Notes under the pieces: model-generated
What the model saw: only the letters and a program-made list of their open reading frames with translations
Databases searched by the model: none
What the model was told of the DNA's origin: nothing
Source: Glaucostegus cemiculus
Taxonomy: Eukaryota
Direction: 5' to 3'
DNA length: 64,000 nt
NCBI GenBank assembly: GCA_976551045.1
Contig: CDPCPM010000285.1
Coordinates: forward strand, 1,364,001-1,428,000
Program-made: the position numbers and the translations under genes
Part shown: positions 1 through 11,689 of the stretch, in pieces
Numbering within the stretch: position 1 is the first letter of the stretch
Layout of the letters: each line of letters opens with the position of its first letter

Positions 1-730
1 AGGTTCTTGGCAGTGTAGAGGAGCAGAGGGATCTGGGGGTTCATATCCACAGTTCACTCAAAGTTGCCTCGCAAGTGGATAGGGCTGTTAAGAAGGCATA
101 TGGGATGTTGGCTTTTATAAATAAAGGAATTGAGTTCAAGAGCAGAGAGGTGATGATGCTGCTTTACAAAACTCTAGTTAGGCCGCACTTGGAATATTGT
201 GTTCAGTTCTGGTCGCCGCATTATAGGAAGGATGTGGAGGCGTTGGAGAGGGTGCAGAGGCGTTTTACCAGGATGATGCCTGGATTGGAGGGTATGGAAT
301 ATAAAGAGAGGCTGAAGGTGCTAGGGCTCTACTCATTAGAGAGGAGGAGGATGAGAGGGGACTTGATAGAGGTGTTTAAGATATTGAGAGGAATAGATAG
401 AGTTAATAGTCAGCGCCTCTTTCCCAGAGCGCAGATGCTAAAGACGAGAGGGCATGCCTTTAAGATAATTGGTGGAAAGTATAGGGGAGATGTCAGAGGG
501 AAGTTTTTCACCCAGAGAGTGGTTGGTGCATGGAATGCACTGCCTGGGGTGGTAGTGGAGGCAGATACGTTGGACAGGTTTAAGAGATTGTTAGATAAGC
601 ACATGGAAGAATGTGGAATAGTAGGATATGAGGGTGGAAAGAGTTAGTTTGGGAGATGTTTGTAGGATGGCACAGCTTGATGGGCCGAAGGGCCTGTTCT
701 GTGCTGTATTGTTCTATTGTTCTTGTTCTA
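1..730 (+). mobile_element. Young CR1 LINE, 3' end (ORF2 C-terminus, 3' UTR and microsatellite tail); continues off the window start
   Basis: ORF 75-647 has CR1 ORF2 motifs [42 protein letters not shown] and FFTQRVVGAWNALP; tail GGGCCGAAGGGCCTG...TATTGTTC repeats. Confidence 0.95.
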
Positions 731-863
731 AATGCCATTGACTTGAAAATTGCTGTGCATATTATATGATTGGGAGCAATCTGCTCAAATCACATGCCTG
801 GTTTGATTTCATTCTGTGTGTAATATGAAATTATCTATTAATAATTTGCCCTTTCCTTTCTAG

Positions 864-1012
864 ACAATATCCTTGACGAAAGGCCTGAAACCAAACCTTC
901 AAGTGATAAATTCCAGTTTGAGTACACAGAAGAAACTCCACGCAGAATTAAGAAAATATCGTCTGATGCAATGTTGCTTAGCAAAGAAAAGACAAAGCAA
1001 AAAAGATTTATT
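864..1012 (+). CDS. PLCE1: PLCE1 coding exon (X-Y linker): [31 protein letters not shown]...
   Basis: Acceptor tttctag at 863; resembles human [31 protein letters not shown]; in-frame donor ATT|gtgaga at 1013 (3' boundary less certain). Confidence 0.8.
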
Positions 1013-1107
1013 GTGAGAAATGGCACATTTACGCTACACTTATAATCATATTTAATTGTTATTATTCTGGAAGACTTTGCATAATAATGTCATAAAATAG
1101 TAACTCT

Positions 1108-2130
1108 ACCTTTTTATAAGGTATATTAGAAGCAAGAGCATAGCTAAGGAAAGGGTAGGTCTCGGGGTTTAGAGTAGGGTTATGACCAGGTCTGGAATGA
1201 ATACTTCTCATCAGTATTCACCAGGGAGAAGGATGTGGCGGCTGGAGATTTATGGAAGGGGCACATTGGTATTCTGGAGCATGTCTGACATCAGGAAGGA
1301 GTAAGTTTTGGGTATGTTGGTACATGTTAGGGTGGATAAATCTCCAGGACCTGAGAGGATCTATCCCAGGATACTAAGGGAAGCAAGAGATGAATTTGCT
1401 GGGGCTCTGACACAGATTTTTTGCAGCTTCATTAGTGAGGTGCTAGAAGACTGTAGGATAGCTAATGTTGTCCCCTTGTTCAAAAAGAGCAATAGTAATA
1501 AGTCTGGAAATTACAGGCCAGTGAGCCTCACATTGGTGGTTGGAAGTTGTTGGAAAGATCCTGAGGGACAGGAGTTATGTTCATTTGGAAAAGCAGGGAC
1601 TGATCAAGAGGAGCCAGCCAAGTGATGTGGGTAATAGATTCACCTGCATGCTGCCTGGAACGGAGGGCTGCAGCTATAAGGAGAGATTGGATGGGCTGCA
1701 GTTTATAAGGAGAGATTGGATGGGCTGCAGTTTATAAGGAGAGATTGGATGGGCTGCAGTTTATAAGGAGAGATTGGATGGGCTGCAGTTTATAAGGAGA
1801 GATTGGATGGGCTGGGTTTATTCTCACTGAAATGTAGAAGACTGAGGAGTGATCTTATTGAGGTTTATAAAATTGAGGGGCATAGATAGTCTTTTTCCCA
1901 GGGCAGGAAGGAGATCTGAGCAGTGTATTTTTCACACAAAGGATGCTGATTATCTGGAGTGATCTGCCAGAGGAAATGGCGCGGGTGGATACTGTTTAAA
2001 AGGCATTTAGAGAGGAGAGGTGTAGAGGAATACAGGCCTAATGCCGGCAGATGGGATTAGCATAGATAGTCATCGCAGTCGGTATGGATGAGTGGGCTGA
2101 AAGAGCTTGTTTTTCTGCTGTATTATTCTG
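1108..2130 (+). mobile_element. Degenerate, internally deleted CR1 LINE
   Basis: ORF 1308-1625 contains DKSPGP..IYPRILRE..ANVVPLFKK..GNYRPVSLT; CR1-type 3' tail near 2090-2130. Confidence 0.85.
1665..1814 (+). repeat. 29-bp tandem repeat, about 5 copies (GGGCTGCAGTTTATAAGGAGAGATTGGAT), inside the CR1
   Basis: Four perfect 29-bp units at 1693-1808 plus a 28-bp variant at 1665; the array begins and ends with GGGCTG. Confidence 0.95.
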
Positions 2131-3294
2131 TGATACTGGGTGTCATTGTCCAGGAGTAGCTGGCCAATGCTGACATTTAACAGCATATAGCAAATAAAAC
2201 TTAAGGTTAGAAATTTCTGTTGGTGGATAGTGCCCAAAGCCTTTGTGTGAATAACTCTGTCTGGTATTTTAAAACTGTGTTTGTTTTCTAATAACAAAAC
2301 TTGGAGGAATACCAAGGGGAGAACTTCTGTCGTCCCAGACTTGCTGTCCACTTACCTTGCCTACACTGTCTTTTCCAGACTTGCCCTGGCATGGCCCACT
2401 GACCTTGGTATGGCAAAAATGGACGCAGATGCACGAAATCACTTTAACAGCCAGGGAGCAACCCTACACACAACCCCCCACCCCCCCCCCCCACCAAACT
2501 CCTCAATCCGGGGCTGTCAAATCTGTCGGTGGTTGGGAACGTTGAATATTTGCCAATGTTTTTGACACTCAAACATTTGACATCACTGGGAACACATAAA
2601 ATCATTAAAATAATGTTTAAAAACTTGTTTAAAATTTTAAAAACATCATTTGCAATTAAAAGCTAAAACCACATTCACACACTAGAATTAATCCAAACTT
2701 AAAAAAAATAATAAAAGAGTCAGCTACTATGTTTCCCAGGAGCTGATCTCTCATCCATTCAAACATGATGGTACCAGGTTTTACCCCAGCACTGGCTCAG
2801 AGGCAGATTTTCAAACCTAGGAGTTCGTAAATCTGTGGAAGATCTACCCCCCATTGAACTCCATTAGGGATCCATTGAAATAGCACATGGCAGGGTGGAA
2901 CATGCCAAACCAGTGTTGAAAATCTGAAATTTCACATGGTTATGCAAGTCCCAATTCTAGCATAGTTGTCAGGATGAAGATATCGTGAGTCTTGACTTCA
3001 TACTCTCACCTTTGAGCAAAAAGTCCCAGAATGGACCACCACATGTATATTTCAGACTGATTGTCCCAGTACAGAGAAATGGTGCTCCAACCCAGGTATA
3101 GTCTTTAAGGTGAGACCTTAAACCTCGACTGTTCTGCCCAGGAGAGTGGATATAACAATTACCCTTTATTTCTTGCTATTATTTATCTCTCATTTAACAC
3201 TACTAAAGAAACAAATCATTTGGTTATTTTCCCATTGCTGTGTCTATGAAATCACAAATTAATTGATTCATTTCCTATGTTACAACTATAGCTA

Positions 3295-3395
3295 TTGTTC
3301 CTTTCCTCCCACAGATGCTGCTCAACCCGCTGAGTTCCTCTAGTAGATTGTTTGTTGCCCTTGATTCCAGCATCTGCAATCTCTTGTGTCTCCTC
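3295..3395 (+). mobile_element. Short Penelope-type terminal remnant without a ribozyme core
   Basis: ACAGATGCTGCTCAACCCGCTGAGTTCCTCTAG...TTCCAGCATCTGCAATCTCTTGTGTCTC, homologous to 15044-15456 and 48850-48976. Confidence 0.6.
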
Positions 3396-3499
3396 AAAAG
3401 TACTTAATTGGTTATAAAATACATTGGTACATCCTACCGTGAGAAGCATGATATTAATTCTTACTCTTGCAGAATGAATTTTGCCAAATCACCAAGTGA

Positions 3500-3709
<210 letters not shown>

Positions 3710-4268
3710 TGAGACAGCAAGTTATGGATTTCTGCCTCTCTGGTCCCCCTTTGTAGTTGATGGTTTTATTTAGAGATTAGCACAGTATGAAGACGAGGCA
3801 AATATAGAACTGCGAGTCATTGGAATTCTGATCAAGGAAGGTCTTCAGTACAGCGCATGAAACCAGAGAGGAAGTATGAATGAAGCAGTAAATGAGTGAC
3901 TGGCTGAACATCTCTAAACTTCCTCCACCATAGAGGAACATCAAGGGAATTCTGCTCCATGCATGTTTTTCATTGAAATGTATCCCTGTTGTGTACTGAG
4001 AATCTTACTAGGTAAAGCTTAGTTTTAAAGATAAAAAGATAAATTAGAACCCTGCATATGCATCAGGGGAAATGATTTGGCTGCTCTTGCCATTTTCCTG
4101 TGGCAATCGATGGTCTAACTGTGTTACATAAAGAAACCCAGCAGAAAGCAATGTTTTCACATAGGAAGGGCAAGGATGTAAGTTGCTTAAAATATAAACT
4201 AAGTTAATGTCTTTTGGAAAAATATGAACCCTCTAGTTTTGACCCTTTCCTCTTTACAATGGGAACAG

Positions 4269-4382
4269 GCCTTTCGACTTTAAATGCCACAGGATCAAAC
4301 AGAGGCAAAGTGAAACCCAACAGGAAGTCCAACAGAATGAGCCCTGGGGAATCGATGACATCAATTAAGATATCTGGAAGAG
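4269..4382 (+). CDS. PLCE1: PLCE1 coding exon: GLSTLNATGSNRGK...RMSPGE...
   Basis: cag acceptor and G|gtaagt donor, phase 1-1; matches the PLC-epsilon-specific Y-box insert. Confidence 0.93.
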
Positions 4383-5164
4383 GTAAGTGGCTCATTTAGC
4401 TGCTTCCCACACCAGATTTAAATTTGGTTACAAAATGATTGATTCAAAGTTAATTGATTTGATTTAAAGTGCATGAAATAAAATCATTATTGGTGAATTA
4501 GCATTCTTTAATCTGTTGCTTTAATTCTAAAACCAGAAAGAAATTAGTGTTATACTTTAATTATCATGCTTTAATCTTGCATCTGCCTAACAATTGGAGG
4601 AATTTTGTTTGGTAGCTAATGTAGTAACTAATATTTGCATTATCAAATTTGAATTTCCTTAAGTGAAAATATTCTCTACTGCACTAAGAAATGCAGTATT
4701 AAGCTGGTTACATGTATATAAGGCTTTTTGAGTGCAGAAACTTGGATGGGTCTTTTCTCACAAGTACTGAAATAGAACAGGAGTGATAATTATGTACTAC
4801 TCCTTTCGCAGTAAACTACTGGATAATTTCCTTTTGCTTCCAGGCAGGTGACAAAATGGACACTCTGACCAGTGTCCAACTTAACCAAGATACTCAAAAC
4901 AAATAGAAACTCCAGAATTATTTCATAGTCTGTTGGTTGATGCCCTGGGTAATCTCCTGGAGGGGCTATTTTATTTATTTTTCCAGATGTTTTGGGATTT
5001 ATGAAGTTGTACCTCCAGAAATGGGCTTAATATTTTGTGATTGGTGAAGTAGCAGTGTATTATTTAATTATAATACAAATAATTGACAGAATTATATTTA
5101 ATAATCTGTGATAGAAAGGCTTGTTTGTAAACAAATGTAATAACTATGTCATTCATGATCATGC

Positions 5165-5380
5165 TTTAACTTGCTAGAGCCTTAAATTCTGGAATTTCCC
5201 TCCCTAAACCTTTCTACCTCTCCACCTTTCTTTTCTCCTCTGAGATTTTCCTTAATCTACCTTTTGGTCAGCAGTCCTAAAATCTCTTTGTGTTATATCA
5301 ATCTTTGATAATGCTTCTGTGAAGGCTTTGGACTATTCATTAACTATGTTGGATGAATTCAAGTTGATGCTGCTGTTCAA
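5165..5380 (+). mobile_element. Old L2-like LINE 3' remnant
   Basis: CTGGAATTTCCCTCCCTAAACC...CTGTGAAGGCTTTGG resembles L2 3' ends; a similar piece lies at about 15745-15910. Confidence 0.45.
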
Positions 5381-5454
5381 ATCTTTATTATTTTAAGATT
5401 TGAATATTGGGTATTTTTGGTTTTAATAAACCTAGAGATTTTCTTTGCACACAG

Positions 5455-5751
5455 CAACGTCTTTTGAAGCTATAAGAAAGAACTGTGATGAACCACCTTC
5501 TCCTCCATTTAATCCAACCACTTCTCTCAGCGCTATCATCAGAACACCCAAGTGTTACCACATATCGTCAGTGAATGAGAACACTGCCAAGAGACTATGC
5601 AGGCGCTATTCCCAGGAATTGATCCAACATACAGTGTGCCAGCTACTCCGAACATATCCAGCTGCAACCCGGATTGACTCCTCGAACCCATCACCTCTCA
5701 TGTTCTGGCTCCATGGGATACAGTTGGTTGCTCTCAATTATCAAACAGATG
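5455..5751 (+). CDS. PLCE1: PLCE1 coding exon, catalytic Y box: ...CYHISSVNE...[37 protein letters not shown]
   Basis: PI-PLC Y-box signature [19 protein letters not shown]; cag/gtgagt sites, phase 1-1. Confidence 0.98.
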
Positions 5752-6406
5752 GTGAGTGGCCGGTTTTCTAAGCCTTGTTCGAAGACTTAATTTGCAAGAG
5801 CGTGTAGACTGGAGATTTCATCAATTAAGTCTCCAGGATTTAAGGGTCAACAATTGTTTGTGGCTTTCAGAACACTGGGATCTGACTTCCAACTGCCTTT
5901 CAGTCTCAATATCAGAATTATTAAACCTGTTTGAAAGTCCTATTACATTTTGTATAATTCAACTACAAGCATTAGGCAGGGAGTAGTTGGGAAGGTGCCT
6001 GTTACTAACCCAAATCTCCACAATACTGGCTTGGGTTCATTTTTGTTCCTCCACCACTGCTTGTGTTTTTTTTTGTGTGGGCTTTATTCTAGTCTGTATT
6101 TGCCAGCAAAACAGTAGGACTTGAGAATGTAATAATGAAACTCCCATAACATGTTGACTGGAGCTCAGTCTTAAAGGACATGTTTTCCTTTCATCCCTCC
6201 AGTGGATGACTGTACTGATACTCAGTGAGGTTTGTCTGCTTTATAAAGATTTCTTTGACTTGGTTTATAAATTGTTTTATTCCAAGAGGTTTTGATGTGA
6301 GATACTTGATGCAATCAATACAAGCTCTGTTCACATGTTGTTACAAAACAAACTCCTGTTACTCTACCACCTTTAGATCAATCATTTTGTAATGTCTGCC
6401 CAATAC

Positions 6407-6710
6407 AGGGTGACAAAGTGGTGCTTCATAGCTCTAGTGACCTGGGTTAAAACAGGACCTTCGATGGTCTGTGTGGAGTTTGCGTGGACTTCTTCCCCCA
6501 GGGTACTCCAGTTCCCTCAAAGACATTTGGGTTGGTAGGTTAATTAGCCGCTGTAAATTGCCCCTAGTGTGTAGATGAGTGGTAGGGGCTGGTAGGAGTT
6601 GATGGCAGTGGGAGCAAAATAAAATGGTATTAGTGAATGATCTGTGTAAAATGGGTTTTTGACGGTTGGTGTGCCCTCAGTGGGCCAAAGGACTGTTTCT
6701 GTGCAGTATG
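6407..6710 (+). mobile_element. Old V-SINE-type tRNA SINE with a CR1-type tail
   Basis: GACCTGGGTT B-box remnant, TGTGTGGAGTTTGC body, TAAATTGCCCCTAGTGTG, tail GGGCCAAAGGGACTGTTTCTGTGC. Confidence 0.7.
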
Positions 6711-6755
6711 GCTAATCTTTCCAAACAACTTAACAACAATTGCTTCCTCTCCCGG

Positions 6756-7057
6756 TTTATTTTTATAAGATCTTTATTAGTCACATGTACATCGAAACAC
6801 ACAGTGAAATGCATTTTTTGCGTAGTGTTCTGGGGGGCAGCCCGCAAGTATTGCCATGCTTCCGGCACCAACATAACATGTCCACAACGTCCTAACCCGT
6901 ACGTCTTTGGAATGTGGGAGGAAACGGGAGCACCCGGAGGAAACCCACGCAGACACGGGGAGAACGTACAAACTCCTTACAGACAGCAGCGGGAATTGAA
7001 CCTGGGTCGCTGGCGCTGTAAAGTGTTATTCTAGCCACTACACTACTGTGCTGGCCC
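6756..7057 (-). mobile_element. tRNA-derived V-SINE-type SINE with a Rex-Babar-like tail
   Basis: Minus strand has A box TAGTGTAGTGG, B box GGTTCAATTCC and body GGAGTTTGTACGTTCTCCCCGTG...GGTTTCCTCCGGGTGCTCC; tail ATTTCACTGTGTGTTTCGATGTACATGTGACTAATAAA. Confidence 0.88.
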
Positions 7058-8349
7058 TATTTCTGTGACCTGACCTGACCTGAATTTATAGTTTCTATAT
7101 TGATTTTTAAATAAGACAGCATACAGTAATGCTGTAAGTCCTAATCCTAACTCCTGACAGTATGTAACTGGGATTGATTCTGCTCACATAATTACATAAC
7201 CATCTTCCATTCCCTGCATTTTGGTGGAGAATTCTAATGTACCCTGGAGACTCTGCTGTAGTTTGGGTCATTAGTCTCAGCTATAGTAGCTTCAGTCTGT
7301 TCTTAAAAAAAGCCACTCTTTGATACCCAACGCAGTAGATATCAAAGCAATTTACCAGCAACTAGGTATAACATGTCACCGGGGTAATCAGAAAGTCCCA
7401 TGCAGTGGTCATAGTTTGGAAACTCTCTAAAAACTAAGAATATCCCATGATTAGTGTTCCTGTCAGTCATCACCAGATTAATAATTTGACATCCTAGACA
7501 ATTAACCACTTCAGGCAGGGTTCTGCTTGAAATACATTTAAAAACATTTCACGTACCTTGAGCCTTATTTGTAGTGGAAATGGGGATAGAATACCGAATT
7601 GTGACAGTGCACAAAATGTCAAGGATAGGTGGTTGTATAGTACATTTAAACAATAATGGAAAATTTGATGCCTCAGCTAAGCATCTATTCTCTATCATGA
7701 CCATTAATGCTCTTTCAATTCCAATTCTGAAGGTTATTACAGTTTTGCAATCACTAGAAGTATCTGCAATTAATACAACAATCCACTTTCAAGTAATTAC
7801 TAGTGAAAGTGCTGACACAGTTGGGCTAACTGGTTTACTGAAGCGCTCTGTTCCTATGTTTACAACACACATATACTGTGAGGCAACATCACATTTTAGA
7901 ATTTGAAATACAAGGTGAAGGAATCAGCTGCAAAGGCCAGGTCGACTGCAGAGTTTGGTTAATGTTAACTGTTTCAGTGACAATAGATACCAATAATTTT
8001 TTTTTAAATCTGAGTATTGTCACAAAATAAGCTAAGTTAGATTGCTCAGTTATTTGGAGTTTTTATCATGGTTTAAATAATTTATAACTGGGCATCAGTG
8101 CAAAAATTTTTGAAGTAATGAACTTTATTTCCATGGTGGATTTCATTTGATAATTGCATATTAAATAAAGAGTTACCCACACAGTGAAGCACCAAGTTCA
8201 TAAATGCATGCAAGATACAGACTTTTAATAAGCTAAGCTTTAAATTGTTTTACCTACTCTTGAGTTATCCACAATGTGCACTTTAATCAGAATGGCAAAA
8301 ATTGCCAAGCAATAGGTCACTTTTTACAGCACTCTCTCTCACCCCTTAG

Positions 8350-8510
8350 ATCTCCCAATGCATCTGAACACAGCCATGTTTGAAGCCAACGGTGGATGCG
8401 GTTACGTGCTAAAATCGCCGGTTTTGTGGGACAGAAACTGCCGCATGAACAATCAGTTTTCTCCTCTAGAACGAATAGAGAATATGAGTCCATCCTTACA
8501 TTCCTTAACA
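8350..8510 (+). CDS. PLCE1: PLCE1 coding exon: [28 protein letters not shown]...
   Basis: Y-box end motif NGGCGYVLK; tag/gtaagt sites. Confidence 0.97.
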
Positions 8511-8781
8511 GTAAGTGGAAAGAAAAGTTTTCACATTGTTCCAGCAGTACCAAGGCAAGAGCTGAGTTGATTTACTGGGTTTGCAATGTAGAGAGGGAGA
8601 CACCATCTGCCTTCCAGTTGTATCTTTGTTAGCTGTTTTATATATGTATTGAAGCTTCTTATTTCATATTAAGTTGCTTCAGCTTATATAGTATCACTAA
8701 CTTCTCTTAAATTTATCAACTACTTGTCTCCTTCCTTATTTATACTAATCAAATCTATCCACACTCTTTAGCAAACTTTGT

Positions 8782-9460
8782 TCAGAATCAGAATCAGTTT
8801 ATTGTCACTTTCATGTACACATACCTAGCATACATGAAGGCGAGATATCGTACTCCACAGGCCAATGTGCAAAGACATTACAGACAGTAAAAGACAACAG
8901 GACAAAAACATCAAAACATTGGTACATCAACCAGCCCCAGCCTCACCCCGCACCAATGACCACCTCCAGCCTTGCAGTCCTACAACCTCCGCGCCCACAG
9001 TCCGAACCGATGACCACCTCCGGCCCTGCAGTCCGACTACCTCCGGCCCCACAGGCCGATCCGATGCCCACCGGCCCCGCAGTCCGAACCGATGACCACC
9101 TCCGGCCCCGCAGTCCAGGCCCCGCAGTCTGACGGCCTCCGGCCCCGCAGTCCAGGCACCGCAGCCCGACGACCTCCGGCCCCGCAGCCCGACGACCTCC
9201 GGCCCGGGCAGCCCCCTTCCCGCCCGCAGCCCGAGGCCACCATGAGGCTCCAGGGCCCTCGACACGTTGGGCTCCGACAAGCTGTCGGTGCCGTCAGCAC
9301 AAACAACGAATCCATAGAACGAACATCAAGCACGCAGACATCAAGAACAAAGAACACAAGAAAAAAAAACAGCACAAGACACTAAAAGACTAACAAAAAA
9401 CATAAAGCACTACTGACCCGGGAGAGGCCGCTGCAACCATGTGCGCCGCCATCTTGGGTC
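8782..9460 (-). mobile_element. Non-autonomous retroelement with a YY1-motif head, GC-rich VNTR body and Rex-Babar-type 3' tail
   Basis: Minus strand starts CAAGATGGCGGCG and ends CTGTGGAGTACGATATCTCGCC...GTGACAATAAACTGATTCTGATTCTGA, matching the Rex-Babar tail at 63342-63415; no RT coding sequence. Confidence 0.75.
8930..9245. repeat. GC-rich degenerate VNTR (about 18-28 bp units built on ACCTCCGGCCCCGCAGTCC)
   Basis: Repeated CCTCCGGCCC and CGCAGTCC motifs; CpG-rich against an AT-rich background. Confidence 0.85.
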
Positions 9461-9579
9461 ATGCAGCGATATTAAGTGAATATGCTTTGACTTCCTATGC
9501 AACACTGTTAATTGTGGATATCTTTTCAGAAGCTGTTTTTGCTTGACATGGGGGAAAATGGGTTAACAATTTTACAAGC

Positions 9580-11500
9580 TCCTGGGACCTCAATGCATGG
9601 ATTTGTTGTGGGATTGTCATGTCTAATGAATTTTTTGAGGAGGTTGAAAGGAAGGTCATATATTTAAATTTGGCAAGCTTTTGATAAGGCCCCATTTGGC
9701 AGACTGACTTGAAAAATAAAAACCCATGGGACACAAGGGAATGTAGCATTTTTGGATTCAAAACTGAAGCAAAGGGCAATGGTTGATGAGTGTTTTTTGT
9801 GAATGGAAAGTTATCTCCAGCAAGTATATGGAAGGTTCAGTTTCTGCAGGGTTTAGTACTAAGTCCCTTGATTTTGGGCATATATATATTTTTGGTAATG
9901 AGGATGACAAGGAGGAAGAAAGCAATAGACTAGAGAAGGTTGATTAGATAGAAAAGGTTGAGAATTGTGAGGTTATGCATTTAGTGAGGCAAAGTAGGCA
10001 AGGCAATACACCATGAATGCTGGAATACTGAGAGATGTATGGATTCAGAGGGAGTATGGAGAGACTGGTGCGTAGTTAAGGTGTCCTAATGTAGATTTTT
10101 CCTTTATTAACTAAGGCATAGAATATAAAAGTAGGAAGGCTATGCTAGAAAATAATAAAACATTGGTTAGACCATTGCTCCATTTTACGTTCAGTTCTGG
10201 ATACCATATAAGAAGGATATAATTGCACTGAGGAGAACAGAGAAGATCAGTAAGGATGTTAGCAGGACTTGAGATTTTAGCTGCAAGGAAAGATTGGATG
10301 TTAGAGTAACTTTCATTGAAACAGTGAAGGCTGAGGAGAGATAATGTCGAGGTGTTTAAAGATATAGAAGGTCCAGATAGAGAGGTAGGAGGAGTTATTT
10401 GCTTTAACAGATGAATTAATGATGAGGGACATAGCTTTAAGGGAAGTGGTAAAAGGATAAGAGGTAAGCTAAGGAAAAATGCTTTCACTCAAAGAGTGGA
10501 GATGGTCTGGAGGCAGGAATGTTTTTTTTCCCAAAAGTGTTTGGCCAAATGTGTAACCTACAAGGCTGCAAACCAAAAACTGGGAAGTAGAATAGAGTAG
10601 ATAGCTCCATTTTGACCGGTGCAGACACGATGTACTGAAAGACTACCTCCTCTTCTATGAAATTCTGCTTTGAGAGTTATCACTTAGTTTAGTTATTTGA
10701 ACAAACATAACTATCTTGCTACTACAGAATGTAACTTTGAGCTGTGGATCAGTTTAATTAAATGCGAGAACCTATTTCAGTTGTGTCCTGGCACACATTT
10801 CTCTATAACCTCCCCCAGTCCAACCATCCTCCTCTAAATGCGTGTGGCCTTGATGTTCATTAGCACCAATTCCTTAAATTGGTTTAAAAAAAAGCTTCTG
10901 CATTAGTGGAGTTTATGAATGGTTACAGAGTATATATAAAAGACAATCTTGTTAGAACTGCATGAATATTTGATTAGGCCTCAGCTAGAGGAAAATGGAC
11001 AATTCTGGCCACCACTCTTGGAAAAGATGAGGGGTTAGAAAATCTATGCAGCAAGTTTACCAGGATGTTATTTTGGATAAGGGACTTCAGTTACGAGGAC
11101 AGGTTAGAAAAACCAGGCCTAGTCTCTTGAAAGCCTCCCTTGAGTCATCTTTTAACATGTTGCAAGGGTTTTGTTAGAGAAATGTCGTTCCCTCTATTGG
11201 ATAGGTCACTATCAAGAAGGACATAAATTTAATATTATTGGTAAGCAATCTGAAAGGAAGATAAGCAGGAATTATTTTAGGTCAAAGAATTGATGGGAGC
11301 TGGAACACTCTATCTGAAATGATGGCAGAGGTTAATTCCTCAACTCCTTTTAAAGTGGGTTGGACAAAAACTTGAAAATGAGAAGCTTAAGGGGTTACAA
11401 ATAAAAAGCATGAATGTGGGACTAAAATATCATCTCCTTCAAACAGCCTGCATGCCTACACATGTTGATTGGCCATCTCCTTTTCTTCAAGTTTCTATGA
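9580..11500 (+). mobile_element. Two old, highly degenerate CR1 fragments (about 9580-10650 and 10870-11500)
   Basis: Eroded motifs for AFDK, LVRP, VQFW, RLRGD and FTQRVV, plus CR1-like tails. Confidence 0.7.
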
Positions 11501-11689
11501 TTCAATGAATTGTAGCAAATCAATGAAGTTTAATACACCCAGAAATTAGAATCTTCTCTCCCTGTTTCACCACTACTCATCAGAAATTCAGGCCCAGCTA
11601 GTTAACAATGATTTTTTTTGAGTAACATAACGTGCTGCTTTTGCAATTTGGCATTTACTTACATTTTGTAAGTAAACCAAAGTAAAACA

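Noticed and set aside
1665-1814. 29-bp direct repeats of CRISPR-like length
   Set aside because: No spacers, no cas genes, eukaryotic context, and the unit is CR1 ORF2 sequence.
2372-2930. Possible MITE with TGGCATG..CCAC inverted ends
   Set aside because: The inverted match is too short and gapped, and there is no target-site duplication.
8865-9385. Overlapping Pro/Arg/Gly-rich ORFs on both strands
   Set aside because: By-product of a GC-rich VNTR lacking stop codons; no recognisable domain.
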